Shown piece by piece: positions 18,304 through 26,996 of a DNA stretch of 64,000 nucleotides. The stretch is from IMG/VR virus record IMGVR_UViG_3300024500_000017. The stretch is one strand, 5' to 3'. The number at the start of each line of letters is the position of its first letter. Position 1 is the stretch's first letter. Both the position numbers and the translations under genes were made by a program. This DNA is from an uncultured virus (IMG/VR IMGVR_UViG_3300024500_000017) (Duplodnaviria; Heunggongvirae; Uroviricota; Caudoviricetes). The notes under the pieces were generated by a model that did no database searches, was not told the DNA's origin, and saw only the letters and a list, made by a program, of their open reading frames with translations.

Positions 18304-19738
18304 ATGACCGAGTTTCCCACACTTCAATCAAAAGACGGCACAATGCTCGTGGGATTCTATCCCATTGAGGATTGTTCTACTCACACTCTCAAGATTCTTT
18401 CTTGGAAGGGTATTGATACAATCTCTCAGAAGTGCATCACCAAGAAAGATGCAATCCGCGAGATTGATGAGAGAATCGCAATGGATTATGTCATCACTGG
18501 TGACAACATTGGTCTGGTTCAAGAGTACAACTTTATGCAAGGTGCAGTTTGATGACTAAAACCACTCTCACTTTTGAAGAATTGGATGCAATTCTTGCAT
18601 TGATTGAGTTTCACGATTGGATAGAATTGAGTGAACATCTGGATGTGGATATTGAGCAACTTTATGACAAAGTTGGTCAAATGAGGGATGAAGTCTGATG
18701 CGAATTGCTTTTTTGATTGCTACTCTCGCGCTTGGTCTTCGTGTTGGTCTTGCTGCTCACGCTACTGTGAATGAGTATCAAGAACAACAAGCAGATCGTT
18801 TCTGTCAAATTGACCCTAACTATTGCAAGTAATGCAATTCCAAGTTACTGACATTGAGTTTGATTTCACTGGTGCTGAAGATGAAATCTCTGCAGAAGAG
18901 ATGAACGCAATCACTGAAGAAACAATCGGTCAGATTGTAGAAGCAGATGATGAAGAAGATCTAGTCGAAGAGATTACATCTTGGACTGGTTGGTGCATTA
19001 AGTCTATTGATTACCGTCACATTCTCAACACTCACTGAACAATGATTCTATACATTCCCGAAGGTCACGGTTGTGCATATTCTATTGATGCAGAAGGTGC
19101 AATGTATTACACTCCACTTCTTGAAGGTGGAACACTCTATCTGGAGGAAACTGCAGAAGTTGATAGTGATGATTTATATGAAGGTTGTTATGAACCAGAG
19201 TTGCAAGAGATTCAAGATAAATTGATTGCAATGAACAAAACTGCAGGTTTTTACTTCAAGAACTGATTATGACTATTTCTTCTGAAAAGCAACAAATCAA
19301 AGAGATTTTAGTTGAGATTAGTGGATTGATTGGAGAACTGATTGGTAGTCTCATTGCCACTGCAATCTTCGCAGGTGTGCTATATGCAATTATCCATTTT
19401 CTGATTGGTTTGACTGTCACCTATTGGCAGGTGTTTGGTGTGATTCTAATTCTTAGTTTCATCAAAAACTTTCTCAAAAAATGATTTCCCTTCCTAACTT
19501 CACAAACAAAATGGAACTTACTCAAGATCAGTACGATAAACTGCTTGCCAACTATGTTGAGCAGTTGGTTGATGGAATGGATCTAGACAGTTTGGTGCAA
19601 TTTGTATCAGAACAAATTGAAATGAATCTGCGTGAAAGTTGTTCTACTCCAGATGAATTGGTAGAAGAGATTTCACAGTTTTATGATGAAGATTATGTGA
19701 ATGAAATGATTGAAAATGTAGTAAATGCGGACGGTTGA
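18304..19738 (+). other. operon of small, mostly acidic hypothetical ORFs (18304-18552, ~18832-19038, 19042-19266, membrane ORF 19269-19484, 19481-19738 and shorter ones)
   Basis: ORF track. Confidence 0.65.
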
Positions 19739-19809
19739 GGAACTGTCACAAGGTATGAGCACAGCGCCCAGATTGGTGTATTCTATAGAAGTTCAAGGGA
19801 TTTCACCCA
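19728..19809 (+). promoter_or_regulatory. palindrome-promoter cassette 8 with conserved leader
   Basis: CGGACGGTT-GAGG-AACTGTCAC, 29 nt, TATTCT, same leader. Confidence 0.9.
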
Positions 19810-21206
19810 ATGGATCGCAAGTTTCATCCCATCAGCATCGAAGATCGTGAAATGTTTGCTTACAATGCAAACTATCAGCAGCGTAAGCAACAACAACTTG
19901 ATGCAGTTGCACCTGAACTGCGTATCAAGTATTGCTTTGAGTTTCTCAAAGGTTATGTCGCTGACGGTGACGATCTGATGGCAGGTCGTTGTTACGATGG
20001 TATTGCAAAGTACAGTGACAAACTTGATTGGTCCGAATCGCACTTTTGAACAATGAACACTGCATTTGTCTCTCCAAAATCTAAGAAAGCAAAGAACAGA
20101 TTTTGTAACTTGATGCAATCAGAATCAGAGTGTATTGTTGAACAAAACAAAGGTGATCGTGTATTTTTGCGTTCACTGAATGGAAAGAACTTTTTCTGGG
20201 TTAATCTCAACAACGATTCTGATTGGGAGGTTGAGTTTTGAACAACAACGAAACTTGGTTTGAGGTGTTTGTTTATCTTGGGATTGGTGTAGTATTTCTT
20301 GCATTTGCTGCAATTCTTCTTGCTTTTACCAATCCAAAGATTGAAGCACAATGTGCAGCAAAAGGTGGGCAAGTTCTTGTTCGCCCCGGTCATCTTAGTT
20401 CCTGTCTTTATCCCGCAAAATGACACAAGAACAACTGATTCGCAGTATTGAACAACAACTTGAGAATCTGATGTTGTTGGATGATGACCTTGCTTATCAG
20501 TATGAATGTGAATTGTATTATGATTGCAATGAGGATGAAGAACCAGTTCTCATTGTAGAAAACTTCACGCCCGAACTTCTTACTGAACTTGAGAATCTTG
20601 TTTATGACCGCAACTAAAACAATGAACCTCTACATTCTCAACGAAGTGCTGTATGATTACACTCCTGGAATGTGTGTAATCGCTGCTGAATCATTGCCTC
20701 ATTGTGAGCAGATCTTTATGGAGCAGTTTGGTGAATCTGGTGAAAGTGATTATGCAAAAGTAAAGAATGAAGATATGCAAAAAGAGTTTAATTCTGCACC
20801 AATTAAAGTCATCGAAGGTGTGAATCATCCTGCTGGTGTTGTTGCTTATGAATACGGTGGAGGTTAATTCAATGACTGATTATGGTTTCTATTCTGTAGA
20901 AGAACTGCAAGAACTTGCTGATTCTGATTTATCCTTTGAGATTGCAGATACAGCACTGTTAAAGACACCAGAAGCAGAAGAGTATATGAATCTTCTCATT
21001 GAGGAATTGAAACTTCGCAACTGCTGATTATGAACAAGTTTCCCACTGATGAAGAAATCCTGCAAATGTGTCGGGAAAAGTATCCACAACTGACTGATGC
21101 TGATGATGAGTTTTTTCTGGAAAATCCTGTTCTTTGGCCTTTTGATTACCTGAGTATTCTCAATCAAAAATATATTGATAGGACACTTGTAGAGGTGGCA
21201 CAATAA
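19810..21206 (+). other. operon of small hypothetical ORFs (19810-20049, 20053-20241, 20238-20423, 20420-20617, ~20622-20867, ~20872-21027, 21030-21206)
   Basis: ORF track plus manual translation. Confidence 0.65.
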
Positions 21207-21261
21207 ATCTCTCCAGTGTCCAAAATCGTGTATTCTATAGAAGTTCAAGGGATTTCACTCA
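21180..21261 (+). promoter_or_regulatory. palindrome-promoter cassette 9 with conserved leader
   Basis: AGGACACTT-GTAG-AGGTGGCAC, 29 nt, TATTCT, same leader. Confidence 0.9.
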
Positions 21262-22486
21262 ATGACTGCTCACTTCGCAAATCTCTTTGCTGAGAACATT
21301 GATGTTTCTGTAAGTTTTCCTACCTGGAATCGTCGCTTTAAGAGTAATAGTTTCGACACTTATTCTCAGGAAGGAAACAACATTGAGATTCGTCATTCTG
21401 TGAATCAGCAAACAAAAGGTGATGAGTTTATTGTGCAAGCAATGGTTTATGAATACAAAGGTTGCTGGGTTGGTAATCAAGTAAACTTCGGAAAGTTTAA
21501 TACTTTTGCTGATGCAGTTTTCTGTGCTGAAACTACAAAACTGCCAGAAGGTAGTGTATCTCAAACTGAAGCATTTTCGTTGATGTAAATGATTGAAACT
21601 GTATTCATTTCAGTTGTACTTCGTTTCTACTTTCATCACTGAGATGTTCACGATTCGCTACTTCACACCATATCAACAAGAGTGGAGAATACAATCATTC
21701 TCTACACTTGATGAAGCACAAAGGATGATTGAGTTTTATCTTTCTTGTGGATCACCTGCGCACTTAATGCAATGACTGATGCAGACAAAGTTGATGCTCT
21801 GACTGAACTTCTCTCTACAGTGATTCACACTCTCAACCTAAAACAATATGAGATTGAAGATGCAACTGAATCTCATCAATGTGAGGTTGAAGCAGATGAG
21901 TATTATCAACAAATGCTAGACATTCTTTATCCTGAAAACCAATGAACTGGAAGTTTCCTCAAACACCAAACAACAATCTGTTGCCTTGGTATGTGATGCT
22001 GAAGAATCTATTTGCACTTCCTTTTATGTTACTTGCATTTGTATTTGGTGGTGCTTATGTAGCATGTATGGGCATCAGTTATCTTATTGTCAAAGGACCA
22101 ATGTTTTCGTGGGATTATGTGAGTGAACAGTTTAACAATTTTGATCTTAGGTAACTGAAATGATTACTACAACTGAACTGCTGGACTTTCTCTGTAAAGC
22201 AGAAAAACTTTCTATTGTTGATGTAACCTATACTCAAACAGATGAAGGTTATACAATCACTCTGCGCGATGATTGGTACGATAGTAACGAATGGAGCAAT
22301 AAAACTGTTTTCATCACCAACGAAGGTGAATCTACTTGGGATAAAGGTGATTATGAGTTTTACACAATGAATAACATTTTAGATGAAAAACTTGAAGAGC
22401 AGAAACAGAAAGAAATCAAATCACAAAAGCGTAAAGAATTGATTGAAAGTCTTACACCAGAACAACGAGAACTTCTAGGAGTTTGA
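21262..22486 (+). other. operon of small hypothetical ORFs (21262-21588, ~21643-21775, ~21772-21945, 21942-22154, 22160-22486)
   Basis: ORF track. Confidence 0.65.
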
Positions 22487-22672
22487 TGTAATGATCTCAC
22501 ACTGCGTTGCATCTAATCTACAAACAAAAGAGTATGAATGGTTCACTTATGACAGACATCGTTTATACAAATACAATCAAACTCCAGTGCCAATGTCATC
22601 AGTAGAGTTAGCAGGATTCTATGCTGATAAGTACAAACAAGAGGTGAAAGTACCAGTGATTGAATAATGCTC

Positions 22673-22700
22673 AGAGAGGGAACAAATCCCTCTCTTTTTT
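22673..22700 (+). terminator. rho-independent terminator
   Basis: AGAGAGGGA-ACAAA-TCCCTCTCT followed by a T-run. Confidence 0.9.
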
Positions 22701-22844
22701 ATGCTTTTTAATACAATATAACGATAAAATGATATAAAATCAATTAAAAATGTATTTTTAAATGTATATGCGTGTTTTTATTCTCTGATAATTATTGTTA
22801 TTAAAAGGTGATAATGATAAGAATTAGTATCAATTAAGACCCAT

Positions 22845-22941
22845 TTATGTGCTTATAAATGTGCTGAGGTCTTGTACTTATGTGCTTATAAATGTGCTGA
22901 GGTCTTGTACTTATGTGCTTATAAATGTGCTCAGACCTTGT
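22845..22941. repeat. 33-bp tandem repeat, two exact copies plus one partly degenerate
   Basis: TTATGTGCTTATAAATGTGCTGAGGTCTTGTAC at 22845 and 22878; first 21 nt again at 22911. Confidence 0.95.
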
Positions 22942-23057
22942 GATCTTACCGTGCATTATATCAGCACTCCGCACAAATGTCAATACCCCCAGCGTCACAA
23001 AATCCCCACACATCCCCCACATAAATCCACCACTCGCTCATAAATACCCCACAGGAC

Positions 23058-23086
23058 TTGACAAGTTCTCACAGGCATCTTATAGT
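23058..23086 (+). promoter_or_regulatory. sigma70-type promoter (late-type CATAAATA also at 23039-23046)
   Basis: TTGACA-17-TATAGT. Confidence 0.8.
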
Positions 23087-23114
23087 GTTTCACATACACC
23101 AACGGAGCGCACTT

Positions 23115-23288
23115 ATGTCAGTAGCATACAGTCAAGCACAGAAGCAGCGTTATAGGATCACTCTGGATCTATCAGTGTTCGGTGACTTCGACCCACATCA
23201 GATTGATTGGGAGAAGTTATTCAAGTTGGAACCTGCAGAGAAGTGTGATGCTTATGTTGAAGACCTAAGTGTACCTGACAGATGGTGA
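23115..23288 (+). CDS. hypothetical protein (57 aa)
   Basis: GGAG RBS; MSVAYSQAQKQRYRITLDL... Confidence 0.75.
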   Translation: MSVAYSQAQKQRYRITLDLSVFGDFDPHQIDWEKLFKLEPAEKCDAYVEDLSVPDRW

Positions 23289-23311
23289 GTTGCTCCGATT
23301 GTTTATACCAT

Positions 23312-23368
23312 GTGACACAAGTTAAAGTGGCACAATAAAAGAGCACAGGATCCAAAATCGTGTATTCT
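23312..23368 (+). promoter_or_regulatory. palindrome-promoter cassette 10
   Basis: GTGACACAA-GTTA-AAGTGGCAC, 29 nt, CCAAAATCGTG-TATTCT. Confidence 0.9.
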
Positions 23369-23419
23369 ATAAGGGTGGAAGAGAGATCAACCACACAAAC
23401 CCACCGACACTTTCCTGCA

Positions 23420-23737
23420 ATGCGTATCATCGAAAAGCAGATGAATACCGCTATCAATAAGTGCATCGACTGGAAGAATAGCAACACTTCTGTTACTTAT
23501 TCTCCCGAAAGAGATGCGTCTTATGTGTATCTGCACGGGAATCACATTGCCACTATTGGTGATACATTCATTGAACTTTACACTTGTGGGTATTATACAA
23601 ACACCACCAAGTCGCGTCTCAATGCTATTCTCCAAGAGCATGGAAATGGTGCTCGTGTTTATCAGAAAGACTTCGAGTGGTTTGTGAATGATACTGTCCA
23701 AACAGTTCCGTTCACTGAGGGTATGATTCTTAACTGA
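23420..23737 (+). CDS. phage hypothetical protein
   Basis: MRIIEKQMN...VYLHGNHIA...TNTTKSRLNA...VYQKDFEWFV. Confidence 0.8.
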   Translation: MRIIEKQMNTAINKCIDWKNSNTSVTYSPERDASYVYLHGNHIATIGDTFIELYTCGYYTNTTKSRLNAILQEHGNGARVYQKDFEWFVNDTVQTVPFTEGMILN

Positions 23738-23772
23738 ATTGTTATCACTCACCAACACACTTCTTCGTGATT

Positions 23773-24180
23773 ATGACCGTCTCTGAGTTTGCTTCGTTGT
23801 CTACACTGGATCTCGTGATTGCTGAGGTTCAAGGTAAGGTTAAGGTGACACGGTTAGCAACAGTGAAACCCCGTAAGTCTCACCTAGTGATGACACAAAC
23901 CAAGGGGAATCGTTGTAGAACTAACCGTAGCAGTGGCACTAACTTTGTGACACAAGTTCGCTGAGTTAGTATCACAAACAGTCCTGGGTTATGACTATAA
24001 ACTAACACCACAACAGTTCTTTATTCTTTCTTGGTGATTATGTCTAAGTCGATGATGTTCTCTCTGCTTGCTCAAGGTAACACTGGTGATGAGATTCTGT
24101 CCATTCTGGATGTTATCGTGAGTGAAGAGATTGCAGGGGAGAGTGTGAACGAACCCACTGCAGATACCATCGAGTTCTGA
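23773..24180 (+). other. two small ORFs (basic 23773-23964; acidic 24040-24180)
   Basis: ORF track plus manual translation; hairpin GACGGGGAG/CTCCCCGTT follows at about 24192-24222. Confidence 0.55.
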
Positions 24181-24949
24181 TAGTAAACTGGGACGGGGAG
24201 TTAGTTATTCTTTCTCCCCGTTCTTAAGTATTTTGTTTGTTAAACAGTTAGGTATTATAATTACTTTGTGAGTTGTTAATTCTTTATATCGACATTCGTG
24301 ATTTGACAGTATAGTGAATTAGCAGCGATTTTATGTTGTTTGTTATTATTATAAGCGGGCGTTGCGCCCCCCCCCCCCTTATTAAAAAAAGCAAACTACC
24401 CTAACCTACAGAGGTGACAAATCGACCTATAAGTATCAAACGCATAAAAATTTTCCGGAGGTATTTCAAATGTTTGGATGGATTCATAAGAACGGTAAAA
24501 GTCGCCCTAATAAGAACAAAGCAAAAGGTGCGGGAAGAACTTGTGCCCAAAAGAATGCTTCGAGAAAACGCAAAAAGAAAAAATGAGAAGATCTACGCCA
24601 TACTGGAATTTCTGGAGAGTTATTCTTGCGGGGTGGATGATCAGATATCCAAAGACAATGGGAAAAATTGTATTCCTCCCCGTTGGATTTTTGATAGTTC
24701 TGATATATAATGCGGCTACAAACTAAAAAGAGACTGAAAAAATTCCGGAAATATTTTTATGACTGAAAAGGTTTATCACATATACGCAAAGGGTCGGTGC
24801 GTCTATCACAGTTTATCAGAGAATAAGTTTTCTGAGACCTGGGAAATGATGCACAGAATGGTTGATCTTCTTGATTTGGACCTTACAAAGGATGATTTAA
24901 GTTATGAAGAACTTTGTTTGAATAAGGAAGTATTATTGAATTCTTCGCA

Positions 24950-24979
24950 TTGACAAAAGCATATATAGACTGATAAAAT
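24950..24979 (+). promoter_or_regulatory. sigma70-type promoter for the glycosyltransferase-like gene
   Basis: TTGACA-18-TAAAAT with extended TG. Confidence 0.65.
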
Positions 24980-25002
24980 TGATCTGAAGGTTATTTTTAC
25001 TT

Positions 25003-25770
25003 ATGGCAAAAGGATTCACAGTTAAAGCAAATGCACCAAAACCCAAAGAACAAGAATGGGATATTGATGCAATTAAAGAGAGAATGAAAGGGAAGTCAAT
25101 TGTTTTTTGTCTCCCTGGTCGAGGATGTTCTTTTATTTTTCTGAAAGCATTTGTACAACTTTGTTTTGACATGGTTCAGAATGGAATGAGTATTCAGATT
25201 TCTCAGGATTACTCATCGATGGTAAACTTTGCTCGCTGTAAAGTACTCGGTGCAAATGTTCTCAGAGGTCCGAAGCAAATTCCTTGGGATGGAAAACTAC
25301 AATATGATTATCAACTTTGGATTGATAGTGATATTGTTTTTGACACTAACAAATTCTGGCAACTCTGTGATCTTGCTCTCAATGAGGAAGGTGAAGAGAA
25401 GGAAATTGTTGCAGGATGGTATGCAACTGAGGATGGTCACACAACCTCTGTCGCACACTGGTTGGAAGAGGATGATTTCCGTAAGAACGGTGGAGTAATG
25501 AATCATGAAACCGTTGAGTCTATCTCAAAGCGTCGGAAACCATTTACTGTTGATTACACTGGATTTGGTTGGGTTCTGATTAAGAAGGGTGTCTTTGAGA
25601 ATCTTGAGTATCCTTGGTTTGCTCCGAAGATGCAAGTCTTTGAGTCTGGTAAAGTTCAGGATATGTGTGGAGAGGATGTTTCTTTCTGTCTTGATGCAAA
25701 AGAAGAAGGCTTTGAAATCTGGTGCGATCCTCGGATTAGAGTAGGTCATGAAAAAACTCGCGTAATCTAA
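25003..25770 (+). CDS. GT-A fold glycosyltransferase-like protein
   Basis: LWIDSD (DxD), GFGWVLI, GEDVSFC, RVGHEK. Confidence 0.8.
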   Translation: MAKGFTVKANAPKPKEQEWDIDAIKERMKGKSIVFCLPGRGCSFIFLKAFVQLCFDMVQNGMSIQISQDYSSMVNFARCKVLGANVLRGPKQIPWDGKLQYDYQLWIDSDIVFDTNKFWQLCDLALNEEGEEKEIVAGWYATEDGHTTSVAHWLEEDDFRKNGGVMNHETVESISKRRKPFTVDYTGFGWVLIKKGVFENLEYPWFAPKMQVFESGKVQDMCGEDVSFCLDAKEEGFEIWCDPRIRVGHEKTRVI

Positions 25771-25922
25771 TGGAAAAACACTACAATCTTTTATATAAAG
25801 GGCGTAAAATTTACATGAATCTCACTATGGAAGAGTGTAGTGAGATTCTACAAGATCTCTCTGAGGATTATTTCTCTGGAGAAGATATTGATCCTAATTT
25901 AATTGAAATGGAGGAAATCTAA

Positions 25923-26063
25923 ATGGCAAAGGGTGGATCTAATAAGACTATTTTTGAACCAGGAGCACCAAAGAAAACCCGTCAAGGGCGTTCTCCTCGC
26001 ACACTATTGAGTGCAACCTCTCGTAACGGACGAAAGAAAAAGTATCGCGGTCAAGGTAGGTGA
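25923..26063 (+). CDS. small basic protein (46 aa, ends KKYRGQGR)
   Basis: GGAGG RBS; manual translation. Confidence 0.7.
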   Translation: MAKGGSNKTIFEPGAPKKTRQGRSPRTLLSATSRNGRKKKYRGQGR

Positions 26064-26563
26064 TTCAACTTAACCCTCAAATCCCAGTCTTTACTCCAAA
26101 GGGTAAAGGTTGGGCTTTTTTTGTAATTGATCGATCTCAAGAACATGATCTTGAGTGGGTTGTTTTTCTAGATAGTAGTGGGGAATGTTGGACCTTTAAG
26201 AATTCCGATATTAGAATTCAAAAAAATTATACTTTACATCGACATAATAACAATTCGGGATAGCAACCCCGTAAAAAGTTCTGATTTTAACAAATCAGGA
26301 GCAAAAAAATGACCAAAAAAGTCGATAAAGACCAAAATTTCATGAAAAATGAGTGGGGAACAGAGTATTTGTCAAGTGAATATGGGTGGGAAACTAAAAT
26401 TACTAAGCAAAAAATGCTTCGTGAAATCGCAAGTGATGATCTGACACCCAAAAAGCATGATTTTTACCACCAAAATGAAATTCACTCAAAAATTCGCAAT
26501 GATTCTGACTACGATGACTGGGAATATGGCACAGAACCCCTTTATGAAACCAAAAATCAGTGA
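26060..26563 (+). other. two hypothetical ORFs (26060-26263, 26309-26563)
   Basis: ORF track; AGGAG before 26309. Confidence 0.7.
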
Positions 26564-26591
26564 TAAATAAGATAGAATTATTACTTTTTTC

Positions 26592-26993
26592 ATGCCTTCT
26601 GAAAGGATAAGCAAATCATTTAAAGATATTAGTTTATCCTTTCAGGTTAATCCCCTGAACTACGATTTAATTGCGATTAAAAATGAAAATGCTATTGCTC
26701 GATCTGTTCGTAATCTAATAGCAACTCAACCTGGAGAAAGATTTTTTGAACCAAATTTAGGTTCTAATGTAAATCAGTCTCTATTTGAAAACATTGATGA
26801 TATCAGTGCTTCTATAGTAAAAGATCAAATTGAATCTTCAATTCGAAATTATGAACCCAGAGTAAATTTAATAGAGGTTAATGTTGCTCCAAATTATGAT
26901 AATTATGAATTTAATGTAACTATTAAATATTACATAGTTGGTATTGATGTATCTCCTCAACAGTTATCATTTGCATTACAACCAACACGATAA
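26592..26993 (+). CDS. g25: baseplate wedge subunit gp25
   Basis: SVRNLI.TQPGERFFEPNLGS, IRNYEPRV; late promoter GATAAATA at 26562. Confidence 0.92.
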   Translation: MPSERISKSFKDISLSFQVNPLNYDLIAIKNENAIARSVRNLIATQPGERFFEPNLGSNVNQSLFENIDDISASIVKDQIESSIRNYEPRVNLIEVNVAPNYDNYEFNVTIKYYIVGIDVSPQQLSFALQPTR

Positions 26994-26996
26994 TAA

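Noticed and set aside
22845..22941. 33-bp repeats as a CRISPR array
   Set aside because: Units abut head to tail with no spacers; no cas genes seen
22834..23155. ORFs 22834-23022, 22849-23043 and 22925-23155
   Set aside because: Products of the tandem repeat and C-rich tract; no RBS or protein-like content
6079..23333. Dispersed palindromes as CRISPR repeats, attC sites or terminators
   Set aside because: They are separated by whole operons, lack attC GTTRRRY/RYYYAAC ends with a long stem, have no U-tail, and keep a fixed distance to -10 boxes
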